Shown piece after piece: positions 30,905 through 40,953 of a DNA stretch of 64,000 nucleotides (the stretch's first letter is position 1; each line of letters opens with the position of its first letter). The stretch spans positions 889,797-953,796 of the forward strand of contig CAVZUH010000004.1 in the NCBI GenBank assembly GCA_963778505.1, in the 5' to 3' direction. The notes beneath the pieces are model-generated. The model was not told the origin of the DNA. It saw only the letters and a program-made list of their open reading frames with translations, and did not search any database. Source of the stretch: an uncultured Actinomycetota bacterium (lineage in GTDB: Bacteria > Actinomycetota > UBA4738 > HRBIN12). Both the position numbers and the translations under genes were made by a program.

Positions 30905-32073
30905 AGGTCTTCGACCTCCACGGTCGGCTGGACCGCCAGAGGCTGTGCGCGATGGTCCGCCTCGGGGACCGTCAGTGGGTAGTGCTGCGTCTGCACGTGG
31001 AACAGCCGGCCGTCGGGCGAGTCCAGCCCCACGGTGACGAAATAGGCGCCGCTCGCCCAGGGCGCAGGCGGGATGCGGAACCGGACCCGCTTCTTCCCGT
31101 CGACGGGACCCAGGCTGACCCCCAGCCGCGATGTCTTCCCGTCGAGCACCTCTCGGTTCGATGCAGCGGACACCACGGCGAACGAGACCGCCGCATCCGG
31201 GACGGGGACGTCCGCTCGCAGGTCCACCGTGATGGTGAGTCCCTCGCCTCGATGCACGGTGTCCCTCAGGCCGCCGTCCGATTCGATCACGACACCGGAG
31301 ATCTCCACCTCACGACTCCCCTCTTCCGGAACGAAGTCGGGGTCGTCGCTGAGCATCCGGTGCCGGAGGGTGCGGACGACGTCGTCCGGCGCGCCCATCG
31401 CGTGCACCCTGCCGTGCTCGAGCATCACCGCTTCGGCGCAGACCTCCCGAACGGTGTCGAGCGCGTGCGTCACGAGCACGATGGTTCGGCCCTCCGACTG
31501 GAACCGCCGTACCCGATCGAGGCAGCGACGCTGGAACGACTCGTCGCCCACCGCGAGCACCTCGTCGATCAGGAGCACCTCCGGGTCCACGTGGACGGCG
31601 ACGGCGAAGCCGAGCCGGACGAGCATCCCCGAGGAGTAGAACTTCACCTGGTTGTCCATGAACTCCTCGAGCTCGGCGAACGCCACGACGTCGTCGTAGA
31701 TCCGATCGGTCTGCCGGCGAGACAGCCCCAGGAACGAGGCGTTGAGGTAGACGTTCTCCCGCCCCGTGAGGTCGGGGTGGAAGCCGGCGCCGAGCTCGAG
31801 GAGGGGTGCGAGCCGCCCTCGATACCGGATCGTGCCGGAGGTCGGCCGGAGGATCCCCGCGATGCATTTCAGCAGCGTGGTCTTCCCGGAGCCGTTGTGA
31901 CCGACCAGTCCAAGCGAGGATCCCTCGGCGATCTCGAACGAGACGTCGCGGAGAGCCCAGAACTCCTCCGAGCGGGAGCGCGAGACCAGCAGGCGCTGCT
32001 TGAGGGACGTCGGACGTTCTCGATAGAGCCGGAACATCTTCGAGATGCCCTCGATCGTGATGGCGGTCGTCAC
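30901..32073 (-). CDS. wzt: Polysaccharide ABC exporter ATP-binding protein (Wzt/TagH type) with C-terminal extension
   Basis: GTG at 32073 overlaps the wzm stop. Walker [13 protein letters not shown], signature [12 protein letters not shown], Walker [12 protein letters not shown]. About 140 additional C-terminal residues are beta-rich ([14 protein letters not shown] ... [21 protein letters not shown]). Confidence 0.9.
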   Translation of the reverse strand: MTTAITIEGISKMFRLYRERPTSLKQRLLVSRSRSEEFWALRDVSFEIAEGSSLGLVGHNGSGKTTLLKCIAGILRPTSGTIRYRGRLAPLLELGAGFHPDLTGRENVYLNASFLGLSRRQTDRIYDDVVAFAELEEFMDNQVKFYSSGMLVRLGFAVAVHVDPEVLLIDEVLAVGDESFQRRCLDRVRRFQSEGRTIVLVTHALDTVREVCAEAVMLEHGRVHAMGAPDDVVRTLRHRMLSDDPDFVPEEGSREVEISGVVIESDGGLRDTVHRGEGLTITVDLRADVPVPDAAVSFAVVSAASNREVLDGKTSRLGVSLGPVDGKKRVRFRIPPAPWASGAYFVTVGLDSPDGRLFHVQTQHYPLTVPEADHRAQPLAVQPTVEVEDL

Positions 32074-32997
32074 AGCTCCTCCGCGAAGTCGCCGGAGCGA
32101 TGGAAGAAGGAGCGCCACGCGAGGAAGAGCAACAGGACCGAGACCGCCAGGACCGAGAGCAGAAGGCCGGTCAAGGTCCCGAGGCTCATCGGTGGCAGGA
32201 TCGGTTCCTCCCCGGGACCGGGCACGACGATCGAGTAGAGCGCCCGCTGGAACCCGAGCGCGATCACCGCGACCGGGTTCAGGAGGTAGAGGGACCACAC
32301 GTCGAGGCCGAGGAACCGCATCGTCTGGAGCTTCTCTTGCACGAGCCACCCCTGGTAGACGATCGGCGTCGCCCAGAACCACACGAGCAGCGCGAGGTTG
32401 AGGAGATGACCGACGTCCCGGTAGCGGACGTTGAGCGCGGCGACCCAGAACGTGAGCGCGGTGGCGAACACCAGCAAGGTGATGATCGCGACCGGGTAGA
32501 GCCAGAGCTCGGGCAGCTGGAACCCGTGTCCTGAGACCGCGATGAACAGGAGCAGGACGACGGACTGGAGCATGAAGTCGAACAGTGCCACGCCCACCGC
32601 CGCCAGCGGGAGGATCTCGCGCGGGAACGCCATCTTCTTCACGAGGTTCGCGTTGTCGATCACGGACCGCGACCCGGCCTGCAGCGCGTTCGCGAGGAGG
32701 TTCCACGCGAGCAGCCCCGACAGCAGGAACACCGGGAAGTGGGGGACGTTGTTGTCGAGGACGAAGACGACCAGGGAGAAGACCGCCAGGAAGATCACCG
32801 GGTTCAGCAGCGACCAGACCGCGCCGAGCACCGACGCCGTATACCTGACCTTCAGCTCCTTGCGGACGAGGTTGACCAGCGACCTCGCGGTGCGCGATCA
32901 GCTCGCGGAGCCGCGCGCCCGGGTGCAGTCGGGGCGGCTCCGAGGTTCGCTCGACGGCAGGGGCCGACGTGATGGGCTGACTCCTTTCGACGGGCAC
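32070..32997 (-). pseudogene. wzm: ABC-2 type polysaccharide exporter permease (Wzm), one frame break near 32878
   Basis: ORF 32070..32831 holds six TM helices. The conserved N-terminal [27 protein letters not shown] is split between that frame and the frame of ORF 30901..32997 (..[10 protein letters not shown]). Confidence 0.8.
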
Positions 32998-33093
32998 GCG
33001 TCCCAGCCTGATCGCGATCCCCGGCCGGGAAACACCCTGGTCAGAGGGACGGAGGCGAGTCTAGCAACCGCCTTGCGCCATTCCGCACAGCGA

Positions 33094-34457
33094 TCATGGC
33101 GATCGTTGGAAGCTTTCGAGGGCCCGCGCGTAGGAGACCCCATACCCATCGTCGACCAAGGCGTCGTCCACGCCGACCGCCAGCGAGGTTCCGCGCCCAT
33201 CGGGCGAGAACCGCCCTGGCCGGGTCGAGGACGATGTCCCGCGTCGCGAGGATCGCGTGTTCGTACCCTCTCGCCGTCGCCTCCGATCCGCTGAGCGCCG
33301 ACATGTGAGCGCGCGCGGCATCTCCGATCCGCCCTCGCCGCAGGGGATCGTCTCGCAGCTCATCGATCCTCGCGGCGAGCTCCGCCGGCTCGGCGGGGCC
33401 CGGAGCGACGCGGACCACCAACCCCTCGGGGATGTCGAGGTAGGTACCCGTGGCCGACACGAGCGTCGGCACACCCGCCACCATCGCCATCGCGAGGGAT
33501 CCGCTCACCTCCCCCCGATGCGGGAAACGGAGATCCACCGCGATGTCGGCCGCCACCAGCCACGCGCGGAAGTCGTCGTCGGAGACGTCGTGATGCACCG
33601 TGACGCGATCGCCGACCGCACGGTCGGCGATCACGGCCTCGATGTCGGTACCGGGGATGCGGCGCCCGACGAGCACCGCGTGCGACGTCGCGCGGGCAGC
33701 GAGGCCATGGCCTCGACGAGCGCCGGAAGGCACTTGGCTTCGTTGATGTCCCCGGGCGCGACGACGACGGTGCGCGCTCCCCGGGCTTCGAGCGTCGCGC
33801 GGAGCTCGCGCGCGCGCGGCTCCGCGCGACGCATCGACGCTTCGTCCTCCACGACCGGATGCGGCACGGTGAAGATCGGCGTTCGCACGCCGACCGTCTC
33901 GAGGTACCGCTTGCAGAACTCCGAGTGGACCACGATGCCGCGAGCGGCTCTGGCGACGGCGGCGCACCACACGACCCGCAGCGGCTCGTGCTGCGCGATG
34001 TCGGGATCCGTCACGCGGCCCCGCAGGGCCGCAGCCTCACGCGTCGCGTCGAGACCCTGGGGATCTCCCGCCATCTCGAGCTTCCGAACGAGCCCGTCCA
34101 GCGCCAGGTCGTGCAGCACCACGAGCCCGGGCGAAGCGAACGCGAGCCGATAGATGTAGCCGATGGAACGCGGCGTTGTTCCCGAGCTGATAGATCCCGA
34201 GGTCGTACCTGCCGATCGATCGCTGGTGATGAGCCTTCACGGGCCACAGGACGTCGGTGCGATGCCGCTCCAGGAAGCCGATCCGACCCAAGCCGTCGAG
34301 CACCGCGCGGTCGTAGGACGCGATCCCGGTGGCCGCCGGCGGCATCGGGCCGACGAAGGCCAGCCGGCCGTTGCGTCGGCCGCCGGCCGGGCAGCGGCGG
34401 CCGCAGGCCGACGCGGCGCGCCACCCTGCCCGCGATCCTGCGCAGCCGCGGATTCAT
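33094..34457 (-). pseudogene. GT4-family glycosyltransferase, about four frame breaks (near 34378, 34160, 33700, 33200)
   Basis: Stitched from ORFs 34011..34862 (MNPRLRR), 34037..34345 (RLAFVGPMPPAATGIASYD), 33631..34122, 33041..33970 (VDLRFPHRGEVSGSLAMAMVAGVPTLV) and 33094..33474 (tail). Confidence 0.65.
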
Positions 34458-35507
34458 GCGAGCAGCCGAGCGACGACCTCGGGCCACTCGGGCACCGTCT
34501 CGCGGACGAGACGGTGCCCTTCGAGACCCCAGCGCCTCGCGGCCTCCCGGTCCGACCACAGCCGGTCGAACGCTGCGGCGATCGCCCTCGGCTTGGGTGT
34601 CGTGACCAGTCCCGACTCGGCGTCGCGAACGAACTCGAGCGGACCCCCGCTGTCGGTGAGCGTCACGACCGGCCGGCGCGGCCGCGAACGCCTCGATCGT
34701 GACGTAGCCGTAGTCCTCGTCGTACGGACCGAAGAAGACGCCGAGCGCGCCTCGATAGAGCTCGTGCAGCCGTTCGTCCGACACGCCGACCTCGAGCCGG
34801 ACCTTGTCCTCGAGCCCGTTCGCCGCGGATGCTCCAGCGGAGCGACCGCTCGTCGGGACCACGCCCGACGAGCACGAGCTTGACCGGCGTCGTCACGTGC
34901 CGCATCGCGTCGATCGCCAGGGACTGCCGCTTCAAGATCTCGAGACGGCTCGGATAGAAGAGGTAGTCGCCCAGCTCGTCCGGGGTCGCGCGTGAGGAGT
35001 GCATCGGTGGCCGGCGAGCGGTGATACAACGCCTCCCCCTTCAAACGAAGGGAGTCCCAGAGACGGCCCGCGACGTTCTTCGAGTTCGTGAAGATCCGCT
35101 TCGCCTCGCCGAGCCCGAGCCTGTCGGAGTTCCACGACCAGCTTCCGGACCGTGGGGCCTTCCTCCTGCCTCGAGAGGTCTGCGAAGTCGGGGTGATCCC
35201 AGAGCTCGTACGCGGAACGATGCTGGTGGATCAGCCACACGATCTTGCGTTCGTGCGGCGCCAGGTACGCGGGGAACTTCAATGCGATGACCGCATCGAC
35301 CTTCAAACCGTTGGACTCGGAGATATCGAAGCTGCGCCACACCGCCATCTGATGCGCGAGCTCGGTCGCCGGGTACCACTTGCCCGCGATCGACACTTGC
35401 TCGGCCTCGTGGCCGGACGCGCGGAGCGCCCGCACGAGCGACTCCGCGTGGAGCTCCGCACCTCCGCGGCTGAAGGCCGTCTGCGGGTGGAGGACGGCGA
35501 CCCTCAC
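34454..35507 (-). pseudogene. GT4-family glycosyltransferase, about four frame breaks (near 35130, 34995, 34850, 34690)
   Basis: MRVAVLHPQTAFSRGGAELHAESL... (ORF 34932..35507) continues through four other ORF-track frames to ...YGYVTIEAFAAARPVVTLTDSGGPLEFV... Confidence 0.65.
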
Positions 35508-35513
35508 GGGCGA

Positions 35514-35820
35514 TCACCCCCGCGGCGCTTGGAGCTCCTCTCGAAGTCGAGCGACCTCCTCCTCGGTCTCGCTGGAGACGCTGGGCGAGCTCGCCGCTCA
35601 TCTCGGCGAGGTCCGCCAGAAGTCGGTCGTAGCGCATCGTCGAGAACCGCGTCAGCCGCCACACGAGGGCCTTGGTGCCGCGCTTCCAGCCCGCGGCCGA
35701 CCCGAGCATCGTCTCGCCGATCGGCACGAGCTGTCGCTGCTCGATCCGCAGCTGGTGCGCGAAGGCGTCGAGCCGTTCGCGAAGCGAGCCGACGTCGGTC
35801 GGCACGCCGTGAGACTCCAT
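35514..35820 (-). pseudogene. Small coiled-coil protein, paralogous to the N-terminus of the adjacent methyltransferase; one frame break near 35580
   Basis: Starts at Met130 of ORF 35041..36207. LVWRLTRFSTMRYDRLLADLAEMSGELAQR aligns with IIFRSTRPATRRYDRLSADLATVAADLASR of the methyltransferase. The tail SSETEEEVARLREELQAPRG is in another frame. Confidence 0.45.
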
Positions 35821-35942
35821 CCCCCGCCCAATAGACCTCCCGAGCGAGAGACGCGGTCGTTCGGTCGGCCGACGGCTCGCTCGCCCCCGCGGCGGGCGAT
35901 CGGTCGCCGTCCCCGGCTGCGAGCCGCGCTTCTCTCCTTCGT

Positions 35943-36968
35943 TCACGGACCCGCCTTGACCGCCCAGATGGCCACGTCCTGGGCGCGACCGCGATGGTCT
36001 TCGTGGACGAAGCGCACCTCGACCTTCACGAAGCCGGCATGCTCGGCCATCAGCTTCAGCGTTTCCGGGTGCCCCGGCCACGTGTGGGTCACGTCGGCGA
36101 CGAAGTAGTCGGCAACCGCGTCCGCGTTCTGGCCGTTGATCGTTTCGAGCAGAAGCGCTCCTCCGGGACCCAACGCTCGATGGATCTCCTGGAAGAGATG
36201 GACCCACGCGCGCCTCGGGAGGTGTTCGATCAGCTGGATCGCGCTGACGCCGCCGACCGGGTCGTCGGGCCCGGTCTCGAGGTAGGCGAGGACGTCCGCG
36301 AGCGTCACGTCGATCCCACGCGCGCGACTGGCTTCGACGGCGCCGGGTGAACTATCGACGCCCTCCGCATCCCAACCCCACTCGCGGAGCAGTGAGCAGA
36401 ACTCCCCCTGGCCGCTCCCCAGGTCGATCCAGCGAGGGCGATCGCCCTCGTCGGTCCGCAGTTCCTTCAGCAACGGCACCACGAGCTCCTCGTAGCCACG
36501 CAGACGATCCTCCACGGACTCGGAGCTGCCGCGCATGCGCTGCTCGAAGGCCCAGTAATACTCGTCGGGGATCTCCGACCACGCCGCGCTCGCGCTCGAC
36601 GTCGCTCCGGTCGGCGTGAGCGCTCGAAGGGCCAGCTCGAGCCGCTCGTAGTCACCCCGCGCCTTCTTCGTCTCCTCTTCGGCCTCGGCGAGACGGGACG
36701 CGAGGTCGGCAGCGACCGTCGCGAGATCGGCAGACAAGCGATCGTAGCGTCGCGTGGCGGGCCTCGTGGACCGGAAGATGATCGACTTGAGGCGGCGCTT
36801 CACGGGCGAGGAGGAGCTGAGGAACGGATCACCCTCCGGCAACCGCTGGTCCTGGTCGGTCCGCAGGCGTGTGACGAGCTCCCGCAACGCACTCGCGAGC
36901 TCCCGGGTGCTGCCCACCCAGGGTCCGGCACCGGGCACGTGCTCTGGTCGTCGTCGTTCCTGCTCCAT
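35943..36968 (-). CDS. Class I SAM-dependent methyltransferase with ~170-aa N-terminal coiled-coil region
   Basis: 341 aa. SAM motif I WIDLGSGQGEF, then VDSSPGAV and AIQLIEHL. The N-terminal half is heptad- and charge-rich (ADLASRLAEAEEETKKARGDYERLELALRAL). Confidence 0.85.
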   Translation of the reverse strand: MEQERRRPEHVPGAGPWVGSTRELASALRELVTRLRTDQDQRLPEGDPFLSSSSPVKRRLKSIIFRSTRPATRRYDRLSADLATVAADLASRLAEAEEETKKARGDYERLELALRALTPTGATSSASAAWSEIPDEYYWAFEQRMRGSSESVEDRLRGYEELVVPLLKELRTDEGDRPRWIDLGSGQGEFCSLLREWGWDAEGVDSSPGAVEASRARGIDVTLADVLAYLETGPDDPVGGVSAIQLIEHLPRRAWVHLFQEIHRALGPGGALLLETINGQNADAVADYFVADVTHTWPGHPETLKLMAEHAGFVKVEVRFVHEDHRGRAQDVAIWAVKAGP

Positions 36969-37136
36969 CGCGGCGACAGGCTACACCGGAGGGGTTCCGG
37001 AGTTGCCGCGGCGACCGGCCACTCGACTGCGTCGGTGAAGGTGCGGCTACCCAGACCGCGCGCTCACGATGAGCATAGGAACGCAACAGCGTCGCGACGG
37101 GGAGACAGAAGGGCACCGGCTAGGCTGGGATGACCG

Positions 37137-38591
37137 ATGGCAGAACGCATCTCCGGGCACGGCACATTGTCGCGGGCCCTCGTGGGGGTGACCGCCTCCC
37201 TGGCCCTTCTCGTCGGGCTCGTGACCGCCGGCCTGACCGTCCGGTGGGTTCAGCTCCGCGGGATAGGGACGGAGGAAGGCTTACGCCCGGTGGGGCCCTC
37301 GGGATCGCCCGCCCCTGTCGGCCGCTGCGCCGACGAGGTGTGCAACTACTTGCTGCTCGGTTCCGATTCCCGCGCGGGTCTATCGCCCGAGCAGCAGGAG
37401 CGGTTCGGGACGGACGAGTCGCTCGGCGGCGCGACCCGTGCCGACACGATCATGCTGGTCCACACGGACCCTCGGCTCAAGAAGGCGATCGTGCTCTCGT
37501 TCCCCCGCGATCTCTGGGTGACGATCCCCGGCCATGGCCAGGACCGGATCAACACCGCGTTCGAAGGAGGACTGCGCCACGGAGGCGCACAGCTGGTGGC
37601 GCAGACGGTCGCGAACCTGACCGGCTTGACGATCCACCACTACCTCTACGTCGACCTCGAGGGCTTCCGTCGAACCGTCGACACGCTCGGGGGGGTGGAC
37701 ATGTGCATCCCCGCATACAACGTGAACACGCCCGGATGGCTGACCGCGACCGCGCCGAACGGCGAGCCGACGCAGGTCTACTACGGCCAGGCCGGCCACA
37801 TCGCGGATCCCAACTCGGGCCTGAACGTCGAGCCCGGGTGCCAGCGACTCGGTGGCGACCAGGCGCTCGCCTACGTGCGCGCGCGTCACCTGCCCTGCGA
37901 CCACATCCCTGACTTCGCACGGATCGGTCGCCAGCAGCAGTTCCTGCGGGCGGTCGTGAACCAGATGCTGCAGCCGAGCGTGGTGATGAAGGCGCCCGCT
38001 CTCGTGGAGCCGGTCCTCCGGAACCTGCGCCGCGACGCGGACCTGTTGCCCAGCGACCTCGTGTACCTGGTCGGTCAGCTCCGTGGCCTGTCGACGGGCG
38101 CGGTCGAGTTCAGGACCGTGCCCGGCGTCGCGGCGACGATCGAGGAGAAGGCGGTGCTGCGGATGGATCCGTCGGCGGACGAGATCTTCCGAGCCATCGA
38201 AGAGGGCCGCCCGATCGGCAACGTGGGGACGACGCTCGTCAACACGCCTCCCTCCGAGGCGAACACGAAGGTTGTGGTCGTGGACGCGAACTCCGCAGGC
38301 ACGGCGTCCACGGTCGAGGGAGTGCTCGCGGACGCGGGTTTCGACGTCTCTCCGGGCATCTGGCCGGCGTCCGAGGCACCGATGGACGTCAGTGGGCCCG
38401 CGATCGTCTTCCGTCCCGAGGCGAGCGCGAACGCCCAGGTCGCCGCGGCGTATTTCCCGGATCTCCCGCTGATCCCGTCGGCCGACCTGCGCGGCGCCCA
38501 GGTCGCGATCGTGATCCCCTCCTCCTACACCTTGGTCCGACCCGGCCAGGGCGGCGGCGGGAGCGGATCGAGCGACTGCCCCAGCACGTAG
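37137..38591 (+). CDS. LytR-CpsA-Psr (LCP) family cell-wall glycopolymer ligase with C-terminal LytR_C domain
   Basis: 484 aa. TM anchor, then NYLLLGSDSR, RADTIMLVHTDP, SFPRDLWV and GGDQALAYVRARH. The C-terminal part has VVVVDANSAGTAS...LADAGFDV. Confidence 0.93.
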   Translation: MAERISGHGTLSRALVGVTASLALLVGLVTAGLTVRWVQLRGIGTEEGLRPVGPSGSPAPVGRCADEVCNYLLLGSDSRAGLSPEQQERFGTDESLGGATRADTIMLVHTDPRLKKAIVLSFPRDLWVTIPGHGQDRINTAFEGGLRHGGAQLVAQTVANLTGLTIHHYLYVDLEGFRRTVDTLGGVDMCIPAYNVNTPGWLTATAPNGEPTQVYYGQAGHIADPNSGLNVEPGCQRLGGDQALAYVRARHLPCDHIPDFARIGRQQQFLRAVVNQMLQPSVVMKAPALVEPVLRNLRRDADLLPSDLVYLVGQLRGLSTGAVEFRTVPGVAATIEEKAVLRMDPSADEIFRAIEEGRPIGNVGTTLVNTPPSEANTKVVVVDANSAGTASTVEGVLADAGFDVSPGIWPASEAPMDVSGPAIVFRPEASANAQVAAAYFPDLPLIPSADLRGAQVAIVIPSSYTLVRPGQGGGGSGSSDCPST

Positions 38592-38595
38592 AAGG

Positions 38596-39736
38596 TCAGG
38601 AGGCGGCGCGGCGGCCGGGCGTCTCCAGCGCGAGACGGTAGGCGGCGACCTGCCGCCGCGCCGCCTCCTCTGGCGCGAACGAACGAGCCCGATCCCTGCC
38701 CGCAGCGATCAGTGTCTGCGCGGCGACCCTCGTCATCGAGGAGGCGCAGCATCGCCTCCGCCCATCCGTCCACGTCCCCGGGGTCCAGCAGGATCCCCGC
38801 CCCGCCGGTCACCTCAGGAAGGGCCGTTCGGTCGGACGCGATCACGGGACACCCCACGGCCATCGCCTCCGCGAGCGGGAGCCCGAACCCTTCGTAGGTC
38901 GACGGGTACACGAGCGCCACCGCATCACGGAACAACGCGTCGAGCTCCTGAGCGGCGACGCGCCCCAGCCGCCGGACGTTGTTCATGAGTCCGAGCTCCT
39001 CGATCGCGCTCGCCACCGCACCCTCGGCTGGCCCGGCGGCGCCCGTCAAGAGGAGCTCGGCGTCGTCACGAACCGCGATCACCTTGGCGAAGGCCTCCAG
39101 CAGCGTGTGGTGGTTCTTGTGCGGACTCGTGATCGCCGGGTAGAGGAAGTGAAGCCTCTCCGTCCAGCCGGTCGATCTGGTGCGCGCTTCATCGGAAAGG
39201 AAGAGCGGCGCGCTGACCACCTGGACGCGGTCGGGGTCGGCGCCGAGGAGCTCGATCACCGTCCCCCGGACGAACGCGGACGGTGTCGTGATGATGGATG
39301 CCTGCCGCACCGAAGGACCCAGCCGGGCTCGGAGATAGGCGCCGTGCGCCCGACCGAGCGTCTCGGGCAGGACCAGCGGTCGGAGGTCGTGGATCGTCAG
39401 CACGCTCGGCCGGTTCCGAAGCCACGGCACGACGTTGTTGAGGTGATGGACGAGATGGAGGCGCGTGTTCGCAGCCTCGCGGAGCAGCCACGTTGACTCG
39501 GCGACGATCCTCGCGGCCCGGGAGCCTCCCTCGATGGGTGCAACCGCTATCCGGACTCGCCCGGCGAACTCGGGGTATGCGGCAGGGAACCGCCGATTAC
39601 ACAGCACGGTGATGTCCAGTCCGTCTCCGGCGACCTCGTCGAGCGCACGCAGGAGGCGGATCGCGTACTCCTCGGCGCCGCCGGCGGCCTCGGGAAGCAG
39701 CCACAACAGGTTGATGCCGACCCTCGGCTTGCTCAC
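38596..39736 (-). pseudogene. GT4-family glycosyltransferase, one frame break near 38715
   Basis: GTG at 39736 overlaps the upstream stop. Contains LVYPSTYEGFGLPLAEAMAVGCPVIASD. The true tail (RVAAQTLIAAGRDRARSFAPEEAARRQVAAYRLALE) lies in another frame and ends at 38596. Confidence 0.8.
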
Positions 39737-40833
39737 GAGCTCATCGCCGCTGCCTCGACGTAGACGGCGGCGACCAGCTCGGCCGAGCGCTGCCATGTGA
39801 ACGACGCGGCGCGCTCCTTCGCTGCCGCGCCCAGCGCGGCGGCGAGCTCGCGGTCGTCCAGAACGCGCTGCATCGCCCCGACGATGGCGTCGGTGTCGAA
39901 GGGGTCGACCAGGAGCGCGGCGTCGCCCGCAACCTCCTCGGTCGCCGTGCCCGCCGACGTCACGACCGGGACGCCGTGCGCCATCGCCTCCAGGACCGGG
40001 AGCCCGAATCCCTCTGCCAGGCTCGGATACACCACCACCGATGCGCCGGCGTACAGCGCGTCGAGATCGTTCGGTGGAACGAAGCCCAGCGAGCGGACCC
40101 TCTTCTCGAGGGCCGCGATGCCCTCCGCGAGCGCCTCCTTCCACCCCTCCGGGCCGGCCAGCACGAGATCCAGCCCGGGGCGATCGAGGCGCCGGAACGC
40201 CTCCAGCACACGCCTGAGGTTCTTCCTCGGTTCCCGCGTGCCGCAGAACAAGACGTAGGGGCGTTCGATCCCGTACCGGCGGCGGACCTCCTCGGCCTTC
40301 GACGCGTCCAGCGTGGGCACGCGCACCCCCCAAGGGACCAGCCGGAGCCGCTCCGACCCGATCCCCGCCGACCTGCACGCATCCATCGTCGCCTTCGACG
40401 GACAGATCACGAGCCTCGCGTGGCGCCGGGCGAGTGTGAGTCCCCGGCGCAAGACCGCCCGCGAGTGCCACGTGTAGTGCTCCGGATAGGTGAGGAACAG
40501 AAGGTCATGGACGGTCGCGACCAAGGGAGCGTTCGAAGGCGGGACGACGTATCCGGCGTCGTGGACGACGTCCACGGGGCCCGTGGCGCGCTCGACCAAG
40601 GGGTGGCGGAACCACTGCCAGGCTTCGTAGAGCGCTCGGCGAGGAAGTGGGAGCTGTCGTACCGGAACGGGAGGGCGGAACGCCTCCTGGGGAGGCTCGC
40701 GATGTCGGGCGGAGACACCGACGATGTCCAGATCGCCGCGTCGGGTGAGGGCCCGGAGCAGCTCCACCGTCGAGATCGCGATCCCCCCCGGGACAACGTG
40801 CCATGACTGTTCAACCGTTACCGCGACGCGCAT
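39733..40833 (-). CDS. GT4-family glycosyltransferase
   Basis: 366 aa, uninterrupted. VVYPSLAEGFGLPVLEAMAHGVPVVTS is the E(x7)E region. Confidence 0.9.
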   Translation of the reverse strand: MRVAVTVEQSWHVVPGGIAISTVELLRALTRRGDLDIVGVSARHREPPQEAFRPPVPVRQLPLPRRALYEAWQWFRHPLVERATGPVDVVHDAGYVVPPSNAPLVATVHDLLFLTYPEHYTWHSRAVLRRGLTLARRHARLVICPSKATMDACRSAGIGSERLRLVPWGVRVPTLDASKAEEVRRRYGIERPYVLFCGTREPRKNLRRVLEAFRRLDRPGLDLVLAGPEGWKEALAEGIAALEKRVRSLGFVPPNDLDALYAGASVVVYPSLAEGFGLPVLEAMAHGVPVVTSAGTATEEVAGDAALLVDPFDTDAIVGAMQRVLDDRELAAALGAAAKERAASFTWQRSAELVAAVYVEAAAMSS

Positions 40834-40953
40834 GTGGGATGACCTGCGGCAGACGACGCATGGCTTCCGAAGGGTGGAGACACGGCTGGTACTCTAGCCA
40901 GACCCGGGCTCCGGGTTCGTCGGATCCCCGTTCGTCCAGGCCCGGAGGCCCAC

